DNA of 63,999 nucleotides, filler included, from It is 4 parts of 4 records of this genome, joined end to end, with 100 filler letters (N's around TTAATTAATTAA, not from the genome) between each part and the next. Parts side by side here need not be neighbours in the genome. Positions count along the whole stretch, not along the records: positions 40,764 to 58,829 come from DRR378314_961; positions 58,930 to 63,999 come from DRR378314_1321; 2 more parts are not named here. One strand, 5' to 3'. Shown piece by piece: positions 53,675 to 63,999 of this stretch (position 1 is its first letter; each line of letters starts with the position of its first letter). The notes under the pieces were generated by a model. It saw only the letters and a program-made list of their open reading frames with translations, ran no database searches and was not told where the DNA came from. The position numbers and the translations under genes were made by a program.

Positions 53675-56600
53675 ATGTGGAAGTTTTCCTTTGTTCCCGT
53701 TCTTGTGCTGCTCTGCATCACAGCGCATACTCAAGCAGCAGTTCTCGAATTGAACGAGGTTCGCCACCGCACAATGTGTGCACACTGGAGCTGTGCTTGC
53801 GTTCTGTGCGCGCGCGCCTGCTGCGGTGGTGCGCGTGAAAGGGCCAGAGACACGCTCGTGCGTACCGTCTATCGCTCTCGTTTCTGCCACGTTACCGCTG
53901 TACGCCTTATCATGGCGGATAGCAAGTGAGAGGCATTCTGTGATGCTTGCCCTTCTTACGTTCCCAGAGTTGTCAATCGTTCCGTTGCGGCGCGCGGCTG
54001 GGTGTCCGGTGATCTGGTTCCCGCTAGACACCGCGACCAGCCGCCGCGTCCTCGTCACCCTGCAATGCCCGTCACGACGCCGCGCTGGCATCAGGGGCAT
54101 TGCTACTCGCGACGATCGATGCCATCACGCGGTATATCTCTTACGATGATGCCGCATGTGTATCCGGGGGCGTTCCCGGTGCTCTTGTCTGGCAATTTGC
54201 GCAGGACACGTTCGATACCGCTGTGCGCTCGGACGGAGCGGGCGCGTCGCTGGTCGCGTTCGTAGCGCCGTGGTGCGGGCACTGCAAGCGCCTCTACCCT
54301 GTCCTCGATAGCCTGGCGGAAAAGGTAGAAAAGGTAAAGCAAAGCCCAGTGCGCGAGTCACTAAGAAAATGTTCCGTGCACCGAGGGACCGCGTGCAAGC
54401 CGCTGGGAAGCGAGAAAGTGCTGTCGTTGTCTGCGGGTCGGGTGGCGCCTGTTGGCGCTCGGGCCGCGCCGCTACCGCGACAACACGGACGCGGAAAAAA
54501 CCGCTCTCGCGCATCCCTGTCCCGTTGTGCTCGTGAACTGCGTGCCCACTTCGCTCCCCGCTCCAGACAATGCGCGTGATGCGATGTCGTGTTCCAAGTA
54601 GCGGGAAAAGGCGTCGTTGTCATCGATGGATACGGCGCTGGATGCGCTTGTCTCGCTCTTGTCGTCCACGAGTGCAGCACGGCGAGTACGGGAGACGCAG
54701 CCGCGACACATCTCACGCGCGCGCGCCCATACCGTGCCCCACTGCACCATTCTCATGCAGGACGGCATTGCTCTCCGCGTCGCCAAGGTCGATGCAACAG
54801 CGAATAATGTCGAAGGTGTATCGATCCGTGGATACCCGACAATCAAACTGTACGCTCCACGCGATAGACCGTCGTTGCTTCTACGGTTTCGTTTTGCATT
54901 TCACTCGTGTAGCTCAATGCGCGGCAGCCCATAGTGTGCGAGAGAAAGATATGTAAATGCGCTGCGTGTCGGTATTTGCGGCGTAAGCAGGCAACGCTGC
55001 GTGTGCACCAGCGGTAGGTTGGCGGCGGATCCATGTCGAGCGGCTCTGTCACATCGTCGCGGCTCCGCAGTGCTCTACAATCGATATCAACGCTGTGGCG
55101 CGAAATGACTCCGTTTTCAGAAAAAAAAAGAAGAAGTACGAGAGGGAAATAGATTTCCTGACGCAGCAATTACTCGTTTCTGGTTCGCTTCCGCGTTGCC
55201 CTGTTCTCTCATTGTATCGTTGCTGTTCCCAGGTTTACACACGATGGGCAGAAGATTCACGACTACGACGGTGACCGCTCCATCGCATCGTTTCTGAAGT
55301 TTTTCGAGACTATGACCGGTACGCGGTGGTTAGTATTCTTTCAGCAAGTTACACATAGGGATAGAGAGCTGTGCGTGAATCGGGGCGGCCCGTGCGCCGT
55401 TCACACCCGATCGCGCTGCTTCCCTGTCGAAGCGAGAACGCCGATGCGACTCGCACGTGATACCGACACCACCTCCGAAGCCCTCTACGATGCGTAGTGT
55501 TACGCGTACTCTTTTGTGTATCGCATGCACGGGAGAATGCTGGAGAACGCGGTAGCTCCTCTTCCTCTAGTTACTTCATTCGTCGCGCGTCCTGATCGCT
55601 GCAGCTCTGAACGCGACCTCCCTCTCTCTCCTTCGCTCTTTTGTAGGACCTGCCGTACGCGAAGTTGACACGATTCCCTCTGATATGCCGGAAGAATCGG
55701 CGGCGTTCCTACTTTTGGGAGGATCAAAGTCCACGTGGGCCGCGATGGAGCGCATCGCGGACAATCATCGCATGACGTACGTGCAGGGTTGCGCTCGAGC
55801 ACCTCGCCCACTCGCACAGACGCGCCGCGATCGCGGTCAACACGACTGACCTGCTGCATCGGTATCGACAACGACGATGTTCGTCTACGCTGCACTCGCA
55901 CACGCCTCCGCGTAGGAAGTAGGGTGGCGCGGCGTATTGCGCAGTTGTGGGAAGCAGGTTCCCCGCTTGCTCCTCTCTCAGAACACTAACATTGACGTAC
56001 GAAGTGGTGTCTTTGTGCAGTCTGATGTGTTCAGTGATGTTATATTGATTGTCCGCTCTTGGTAGTTGCTACGTTGCCGACAATGCGATTGGTGCGGAAT
56101 GCTAAAACGCGCGTTGGTCCGATGTTTCGCGCGGGCGGAGCTGGTTTGGAGCGCGCGATTGATGCGGTGTGAGTGTAGTGTGCGCTTGCGCGCCGACGGT
56201 GTATCAGTTGCTTGTATGCACGAAATCGACCACTACGAGTCCCCGTTCCGCTCTCCGCTGAATACTTCGCTCCCCTCTCTCGCGCGTGGTCGCGCGCGTT
56301 TGTGTGATGCGCGTGGCATTCGCAGCTTGCGTGTCGGTTACAGAAAACGCGCTGTTCTCCACGGTACACCGTGGTCCCCGTCTCCCACTGACGCAGCTTC
56401 CAGCATCCTCTCTCCGCTCCATTCATGTGCAGAGCGTTCTTTTTCGGAATTAAGAACCCGACGGAGGAGCAGCTCCACGCTGCTAACGCATCTGGTACGC
56501 CTGCACTCTTGTCACGGAACTGCGGCGTCCGCTCGGAGCTCACAGCGGACGACATGGACGAGGTACGTGCGCCATGGTGCTCCACACGCGAAAAGCAACG

Positions 56601-58653
56601 GTCGATCTCGCCCTTGCTCCTCCCGCGCTTTTCACGCCTTCTACGAAAGGTGTTCTGGTATCACAAGAGCGTAGTCGTGCCCACCGCTCTACGACTTCTT
56701 GCGCGTCGTGATGTGGTTTCCTCACTGGTAACACGAGATGTCTCTGCGCGTAGAGAAATGGTCCGAGAACCTCGTAACGGTTGCGACATGTTGTAATCGG
56801 TTTTCCAGTTTCGTGCGCGTCCTACAGCTGCTTGGGCGTGGAACCCAGTTTTTCGCTAGATTTTTCAGCGTTATCCTTTATGCGTTACTCACGAATTCGT
56901 ATCTTTATGTTTTTATCGTTGGGTGACGAATGTAGGAAACCATGACCAAGTTTGTTGAGGAGAACGCGGATCCGATTTTCGAGGAGCTCAACGGCGTTTC
57001 GTACCAGCGGTTGCGTAACCGCCGTCGGTATACTGTCGTGGCCGTTGCGGATCCCGCGGACAAGGTGCGCTCCCCCGCAGCCGTTATCCTCGCACACCGC
57101 GCGCCGCTGACACCCGACTCCACGCTCATACATCGGCTTCTCCCACCACTCACTCGCATTCGCATCGAGTCGCGTCACGCTTTCTGCCGATTTCACGGGT
57201 TTCATCGCCCGATGTGCGTGTCGTGGCGCTGTTCCGCGAAACGCGCGTCCAACGGTCTCTTCTGCTTTCTTGCGCGGAAACTACCGTCGAATCCACATCC
57301 ATTCAGGGTACAAAGGAGTTCTTATCCACATTCAAGTCTCTTGCGAATGGACCGTACAAGAAAGATTTCACCTTTTGCTATCTCAACGCTGTAGTTTTCA
57401 AATCGGTACGCAACGAGTGGATGAATGCTATTCACGTTGCGATCACTCGCTCATCCGTGTGACTCGCAGCGGTGAATTTGCAGTTGTTGTGACCAAGGTT
57501 GCGAGTGTGCTCTCCGTTGATACGTGTATGTGATACCGTTATGTACGGGAGAGTAAACGCGGTACATATAGCTGGTTCGTGCGCGGGAGCCAATAGTACC
57601 GCGTGATCTTTTCCCGTTTCCGAATCGGGGAGGTTGTTTTTCCGCTGTTGTGCGCTTCCAACGGTTTCCCGCGCTCTCAACGGTCAATACTTTTGCGCTC
57701 GCTTCCTCGTGTACCTAATTCTCGCGAATCGTGTGTCCTCTTGCTCGATATCTACTGGTCTTCGTTGTGCGCTATTCGTAGATTGTCCCGGAGCGGTCGA
57801 ATGTACCTGGATTCTTCGTTATGGAAGGAACGATCAACCGTTACTATCACTCCGGACAAGTTTCCGTCAAAGGCGGAGAGGAAGGTGCGTCTCTCTCTCT
57901 CTCATTCAGTTGTGAATGCTATTCCTCTCTCACACATGCTTAATTGCATCCTAAGCAGATATGTTTGATATAGCCGCGCATTGCATCCCTTTTCATCCAT
58001 ATGCGATACTTTGCTGCGTTCGGAAGTGGAACGATGTTTCTCTTTCGCAATGTGAGTGCTGCGGAGTCCTCTGCGATCGTATCACGTTCCAAGTGTCATT
58101 TTTGGACACAAAGAGCTCTGCAACAGCCCCCCTTTTCCGTCACAGCATGGATTCCATTGTTAACAATTCTTTTTTCTCCATGTTTGTGCCTTGAAATACC
58201 GCGTTGTGGCGCATTGTAGGCATTGTGGCGTTCCTCAGCGATGTTCTTGCTGGTACGGTGCAACCGAAAGGGAAGAACACGGGACTGGTCAACGACATCC
58301 GCGACAAAATGCGCTCGCTGTACGAGAACAAGTACACGATCGCTGCGACGAAGTACGTGAACAAGCATCCGTGGGTGGCGATGGGTGCGGTGGTGTGCCT
58401 GTCGATCCTGTTGGCGGTTGCGTGCATTGGTCTCTTTGGCCTGCAAATGCGCGATGAGGACACCGAGGTCCCTGCGCCACCGGCCGCGGAGTCCGGCGCG
58501 CGCGTGCGCGGCGGCGGCGACGACGAGCGCTCCGGCGACGCGTCGGTGCGGCAGCGCAAGCCGGAGGGCGACGGCGCGAAGAAGGCGGACGCTGCGCAGG
58601 AGTCCGGCGCCGCGAAGAAGTCGAGCGGAGCGGAAGGGAAGAAGAGCAAGTAG
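53675..58653 (+). CDS. TMX3-like transmembrane protein disulfide isomerase
   Basis: Exons 53675-53758 (signal peptide), 54205-54333 (APWCGHCK), 54761-54849 (VAKVDAT..GYPTIKL), 55233-55318 (YDGDRS), 55647-~55730, 56433-56562, 56936-57064, 57307-57405, 57782-57884 and 58220-58653 (TM helix, C-terminal KKSK dilysine signal). One middle exon is unresolved. Confidence 0.85.
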
Positions 58654-58829
58654 CGGCGCGGAAGGAGTCCGCACGATCGCGCGTCTGTCGCGTTTGTTTC
58701 GATGATGGAGCATGGAAATACAGTGATGTCGCGTGTGGTGCGCCCGCAGGCGGTATGGTGGAGATGTGCGCGCGGTGAGAGCGGGTAGTGGGAGAGGGGA
58801 GGCGCGAGGAAGCAACGGCGCTGGATGAC

Positions 58830-58929
58830 NNNNNNNNNNNNNNNNNNNNNNNNNNNNNNNNNNNNNNNNNNNNTTAATTAATTAANNNNNNNNNNNNNNN
58901 NNNNNNNNNNNNNNNNNNNNNNNNNNNNN
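58830..58929. other. Artificial contig spacer
   Basis: N-run, TTAATTAATTAA, N-run. Confidence 0.98.
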
Positions 58930-61210
58930 GAGCGCAAGCGAAGCGCGATCGCCGACGCGCTTGCCGGCGACGCAGCGGCGGGCGCCGTGTCCAAACGCGC
59001 GCAACCGCCGCTGCGCATCGGCGGCGTAGCACAACGGCGCGCAGTCTGCGCCGTGGTCGTTACCACCTGGGACGGTGTCGCGGACGACTTTGCCCTCTTA
59101 CTGTCCAGCGCCTCCTCGGCAGCCGTGCCCTGGGCGCTCGTGGACGAGCGCTGGATCGATACAGAGCGCGCCGTCGCCGTCGCCGCAGTCGTTCCGCACC
59201 TCGAACGCGGCTGTTTGCGCATTGCGCTTGCGCCAGAGTGCGGTATTGCCATCGAAGCGGCGCACATTGGCGCCGTGCACGCCGTTGATGGCTCCGACGA
59301 GGCGCGGCGCGCGGCAACGCTTGCCGATCGCCTGGGTCGCGCTGGTGTTCGCGTTCTCAACGGAGCGTCTGTCAGCGAAGTTGAAGCGGTCTTTTCGTCC
59401 CCTGTTTGCGCCGTTCCCGATAGCACATTGGTACGGACTAGCGCCGCGATCGCATGTGTGGCGGACGAGGCAGACGCTCGAGCGCGCTCCGCCGATGAAG
59501 CTGAAGATGAAAATCCGGCGGCTGTAGCTGCCGCGTCGCCGGCTGCGGTGGTGGAGTCCAAATCCGCTACCGCCGCTGCTCTTTACCATCTCGTGTCGAT
59601 ACCAGAGACCGTTGTGTGTGACGGCACGAGCTCCGCGCACGCTCTCGCAGCGGTGCTGGGCGAGTGGGCGGCGAAGCGCGGCGGAACGGCGCTGATCCAC
59701 GTGCAGCCTGACTGCGGCACAGGCGCTGAACTGCACCGCATTGTCGCCGTTTCGACCGCGCCGACGTCCATGAGCGCCGACACACGTGCGCAGGAGTCAC
59801 CTGGTGCCTCTGCGGTGTCTGTCGTATGCGGACTAGCCGAAGGCTCGCTATCCAAGGCGCTGGAGAACGCGCAGCCAGCGCAGGCGGTTGCGTCTTGGAT
59901 TGCCGGCGAAACCACTGCGCTGCAGCGAGCGCTCGTGGTCCGCCTTGACGCACAGGGAATACGCGAGCGTACGTCTGACGGCCCTATTGTGCTCCGGTTC
60001 ATCGTAACACACGCGTTCCCGGGCTCGTATGCTGTGGAGGGCGGGTACGCGGTCGTTGGCGCGCGCGGTGCGGCTGCCGCAGCGCTCGGTCGCAGCGGCG
60101 CGCGCGTTCTCCCGCTCTCGTGCACCGAGAGCATCGACGCGCTCTATCCGTCGGAGACCGCGGACGCAGACGCACCAGCGCACCACATCACCGCGTCCAA
60201 CGCAACCTCGCCCGAGGTCTCCACCAGCGATTCTAACCGTATTCCTTCTCCCTCTCCCTCGTGGGTGGCCAGCGCCGCGTATGCAGCTGCACGCGCCGTA
60301 GAAGCGCTGCACCTCGGATCGCCGCCGGGTCGCGCTCGCCTCGCGCTCGCCGGTGTCGACATCGTGCTTACCGCGCGCGGAGAGGCGATTGTGCTGGAGA
60401 TCAATGCGCGTCCCGCTGGTCTCCGACACATGGAGCGCGTCTATGCGGAACCGGTAGCGTGGCACGGCGCCGCGTCGTGTCCTGCGCGCGACGCGGCGGA
60501 CGCGTGCGTGATGCTCCGCCGCGCCATCAGCCGCGAGGAGCCGCCGGTTTCAGCGGAACCATCGACCGTTACGCCGACCGTTACGCCCATCGGCAACGGC
60601 GCGTGTCAGACCGACTCCGCGACATGTGCGGAAGCTTTATCGTGCAATGAGAGAAACCATGCTGTAGATCTCGGCAACGGCGCGGGAGCGGTTGAGGAAT
60701 GCGACCGATTCGCGTCTGCGCGCACGTGGATGAGCGGCGCTGCGAGCGTGGTGGTCGCGAGTGGCGGAGCGGCGAGCCAGTTCGCCACTCTCATCGCGGC
60801 GGCAGAACCGCTTCCGAGACCGGACGAAGCATTGTTTGCTATGGTGGAGACGGATGCGGATGAGTGTGCTTCCGCGTACCTGAATACCTGTTATCCTCAG
60901 TCCAGCGAGCTTGTGCGAGCTATGGAAACGCTGTCCGCGTACGCGCAGCTGCGACCTGCGCGCGAGTGTCGCGCTGGAGCGCGCGGATTCGCGCCGCGCG
61001 TCGACGCGTTCCGCGACGATCCGGCGCTCCCGCTGCTCCAGCAACGCGCTCTCGCGCTCCTCGCCGACGTCGCGACGCACCTTGTCGCCACCTCTCCACC
61101 GCCGTCTGCGATCGGCGCCGCGGCCGCCGCGCTGCAGCGCGCTGGGATCGAAAAGTCTGCAGCAACCGAGTGGATGGAAAGTGTGCTCTCGGGTTCGCAT
61201 ACAGCGGAAG
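58930..61210 (+). CDS. Long Ala-rich exon with ATP-grasp-like C-terminal motif (5'-truncated)
   Basis: Frame is open from the contig start. LAGVDIVL...G.AIVLEINARPAG matches the ATP-grasp D...E.N motif. GTGCGC donor at 61211 (otherwise stop at 61233). Confidence 0.6.
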
Positions 61211-61775
61211 GTGCGCTCGCAAACCGACCCTGAAGCTGTACCCACAACAGCAGCGGTTTGTTTCTCGGCGCACTCACCTACCGTTTTTGACGCTTAGGAT
61301 GAGTGTGCGAAGCAGAGTGACCCTTCCTTTTTTTTTCTTTTTTTTTTTGTTGCGCAGTGGTCAGTGTAAGCGAGTCGGTTGATCCCGGACCAGCGCTGTC
61401 TTCGCTTCATGCGTTGAAAGAGCGCCGCACACTTGTCGCCATAAACAAACAAAGCAAGTGTTCGATGCAGAGCATTTCTAAATTGGGCCAAAGAGACAGA
61501 GAAGAGCTAGCAAAGGTGCATGTGTTCTCCTCGTTCCGCTCCTGCTGCGCAACACGATTCGGATTCCGTGGTATATGTTCTAACCCTACTTCCCTAAGCG
61601 GTGCTTTCCTGCTCCTCCTCCTCCTTCGTCCCCGTTTCCCACTTCTCACCTCCCTTCGCCCGTGATACGCGCCTGGCGTTCGACGTTTCTGTTCTTTGCT
61701 GGATTGATTTCGTTCGCTTGTGCAGCTTGCGCCTGTCTTCGCGCGGCGTGTATCCGCGCCAGCAACGAACGCGAG

Positions 61776-63077
61776 CTCGCTGATTTCCGCTCCGCATCTG
61801 CACATCTCGTGCAACGTGCGCTGCCGCGCGCGCAACCGCGATTCGTCGGAGATGTGTCCACAATCCACGAATCGCGCTCGGGCATGCGCATCGGTGTTTC
61901 GTCGGCCAACGCGTCGGACAATTGGACAGCCGCGAAGCTCAAGGGCGGGCGCGTGATCAACGCCGCAGTACAGGTCGACGGGCGCGAGTGGACCGTGCGC
62001 GCGCGCATCGCGCTCGCTGCGCCGCCGCAGCGCGACACCGCGGCGATCTTCGTAACCGCCACAGCAGACGGCGAAGAAGCGCGAGAGGTCGTCACCAACG
62101 CGTCTGCCGCGCAATCGTTCGAGAGAGCGCGCCGTGATCCGCGCGACCCGCTCCGCCTCCTGAAACACGCGCTTGTGTTTGCAGGAATTGTCCAGCGCGG
62201 TCGCGAAGCCGCGTCGCTGCGCGCGTTTGTGCCGCGTGGACGAGTTCTCACCGTGTCCGTCGCATGTTTCGGGCCGTCGCGCAGCGGTTTCGCGTCGTCG
62301 TCGGCGGTGTCGGTGAACATTTTGCACGCGGTGTACCGCGCGTGCGGGTCGCCCATCGCCGCCTCGATTCCCGATGTTGCATCGCTTGCCCTTGTCCTCG
62401 AGAACGAGCTCGGCCTGAAATCCGGTCGGCAAGACGTCGATGGGATTCTCGCCGGTGTGAAACGGATCGAATACGCTCCGTCGTCGTCGTTCCTCCTTCC
62501 GCGCATCACGACGCTCGGGGAACGCGGCGAAGAGCTCTTCCGCCGCGTCCTTGTCGTCGACACAGGAATCCGACGACCCCAGACAACGGACGTTCGACGT
62601 CGTGGTCTGCACACGCGCCACGCCGCGTTCCTCTTCCGTCGTGGCGACGCGTACCGAGCGATTCGGCGATCGTTTGGCGTCCATAATGCGATCGAGGACG
62701 CGATCCAGCGCTGTGACTGGGCGAGTGTCGGCCGCCTGTTCCGCGAGTATGTGCAGCTGCGCGAGAAAATCGACCCAGCCGCGCTACAATCTCCGCACGA
62801 CACGGAGGACTTCTGCGCACTGCGTGAGTTTTTCCGTGTATTTCAAGCGTGTGGAGTCGCATACGGTGGGCTTCTCACGGGCGCAATGGGCGGTGGAGTC
62901 GCGATTCTCGTACTCACAGAAAAGGGGACAGAGCACAGCGCTGTCGATGACGCGATGCGCCAGGTCGCAGAATCGTGCGTTTCGCCTCGTGGAGCGCGTC
63001 CGTTTGCCAACGCTCGTATCCTTAATGTGGACCTGGATTCACGCGGAGTCGTTTATACGCGCGTGACAGATGCGTAA
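61776..63077 (+). CDS. GHMP-kinase-like domain (fucokinase/heptose kinase-like), probable last exon
   Basis: GGRVINAAV, PSRSGFASSSA (variant of PxxxGLGSSAA), LENELGLKSGRQD, VDTGIRR and TGAMGGG motifs. The ORF is open from 61662 and the exact 5' boundary is uncertain. Confidence 0.7.
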   Translation, partial: LADFRSASAHLVQRALPRAQPRFVGDVSTIHESRSGMRIGVSSANASDNWTAAKLKGGRVINAAVQVDGREWTVRARIALAAPPQRDTAAIFVTATADGEEAREVVTNASAAQSFERARRDPRDPLRLLKHALVFAGIVQRGREAASLRAFVPRGRVLTVSVACFGPSRSGFASSSAVSVNILHAVYRACGSPIAASIPDVASLALVLENELGLKSGRQDVDGILAGVKRIEYAPSSSFLLPRITTLGERGEELFRRVLVVDTGIRRPQTTDVRRRGLHTRHAAFLFRRGDAYRAIRRSFGVHNAIEDAIQRCDWASVGRLFREYVQLREKIDPAALQSPHDTEDFCALREFFRVFQACGVAYGGLLTGAMGGGVAILVLTEKGTEHSAVDDAMRQVAESCVSPRGARPFANARILNVDLDSRGVVYTRVTDA

Positions 63078-63689
63078 GGGGGACCCAGAGCGCAATGCCG
63101 CTCATACGTATCTGACGAAGACGAGTATCGTGAGCGCTTTGAGCGGGATTCACTCGTTGCTTTACGTTGGCGAATACTGTCTCGATACTGCTTCACGGTT
63201 GACTGCAAACGATGTTCTTGTGCAGAAGAAAAAGTCTCGTTGTGAAGAGACAAGGAATATCAACGCTTCGCTTAGCTACTTTAGCGTTGTTTTCAGAGTG
63301 CAATAAACGTCGCTGTTCTCGAGAACGTGCACGCCGAAGTGAAGTGGCACTTACTTTCCCGATGTGGCTGTTGTAGAGGAATCGCGGTAACCAGCGTGGG
63401 AGAAAAAAGAACGTATATGTCGCACGAATACAGCAAGTGGAGAAAGAGAGCGGGACGCGGATCATTCACCGATTGTGCAATAGAGAATTGGGCAAGGCGA
63501 AAAGAGACACTACCGAAGATGTCTGCACCAACGGTTTCTCCTGTATTCGAAAACTGTTCGAGTAAAGCGCTCTGTAACACATATAACGCGAAGCACAGAC
63601 ACAAGCCGAGGTGGACACGGAAAAGGGGGCGAGAAAGCGACCGATCTTCTCGTGCTTCTTTGCCTTTGCCCAGCGTCCTTTGGCACAAA

Positions 63690-63917
63690 CTACGCAGCTT
63701 TGCGGTGCTTACGCCGGGTCTTCCACGCTGATGCAATTGAAAAGGGCGTTGGAAGGACCATGGGGACTTGCTTTTGGTAAGTTTTGTACTGGTCGCCGAA
63801 TAGATTAACAAGTTTCCTCTCCTCAATCGGCAGACCAATAGCAAGGTACAATCCACACGCAAGCGCAAAGGAAAAGCGATCCACAGTCATCAGCGGCGAG
63901 GCAAACAGTAGCGTAGC
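63690..63917 (-). CDS. Last exon of an ICMT/PEMT-superfamily membrane methyltransferase (MddA/nurim-like)
   Basis: ASPLMT......LYLAIG..IEERKL...FGDQY..Y.KQVPM.LP pattern, after a pyrimidine tract and AAG acceptor. Confidence 0.7.
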   Translation of the reverse strand, partial: ATLLFASPLMTVDRFSFALACGLYLAIGLPIEERKLVNLFGDQYKTYQKQVPMVLPTPFSIASAWKTRRKHRKAA

Positions 63918-63999
63918 CTTAGAAAAGAGAAAGAAAGAACAATACACAGGTACAGCGACGGAGTGCACAACTTAGCACAGCGGAAGACGAAGAACGAAA

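Noticed and set aside
16384-58929. Recurring TTAATTAATTAA flanked by N-runs, and apparent bacterial-eukaryote juxtaposition
   Set aside because: These are identical 100-bp artificial spacers between unrelated contigs, so adjacency across them is not evidence of gene transfer or linkage.
61407-62803. 425- and 385-aa minus-strand ORFs
   Set aside because: They are antisense shadows of the GHMP-kinase-like exon.
40764-63999. Introner-like repeated introns or non-canonical splicing
   Set aside because: By eye I saw no shared sequence among introns, and all resolved introns are GT-AG. A self-alignment would be needed to exclude weak repeats.

Overview
The window joins four unrelated contigs with artificial 100-bp N/TTAATTAATTAA/N spacers (16384-16483, 40664-40763, 58830-58929). 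Contig 1 (1-16383) looks alphaproteobacterial (Roseobacter-like). It holds a TRAP permease with matA/matB malonate genes, an uncharacterised three-gene cassette of large helical proteins, a PotABCD-like ABC transporter and a Hint-domain protein. Contig 2 (16484-40663) is Flavobacteriaceae-like, with mostly housekeeping genes (holA, fused 2-oxoacid dehydrogenase E1, LOG, uvrA), peptidases and several envelope proteins. Contigs 3 and 4 (40764-63999) come from a GC-rich, intron-containing microbial eukaryote. By hand I reconstructed a spliced MscL-like channel gene, histone H2A.Z, a multi-pass membrane protein, a TMX3-like PDI, a probable ATP-grasp/GHMP-kinase fusion and an ICMT/MddA-like last exon. 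The best candidates for novelty are (i) the 3506-10619 cassette, whose proteins share N- and C-terminal motifs and could be an undescribed secreted or pore-forming system, (ii) the intron-bearing eukaryotic MscL with polar gate residues and a bacterial-type zinc ribbon, and (iii) the ATP-grasp/GHMP fusion. All family calls come from motif recognition by eye; no database search was run.
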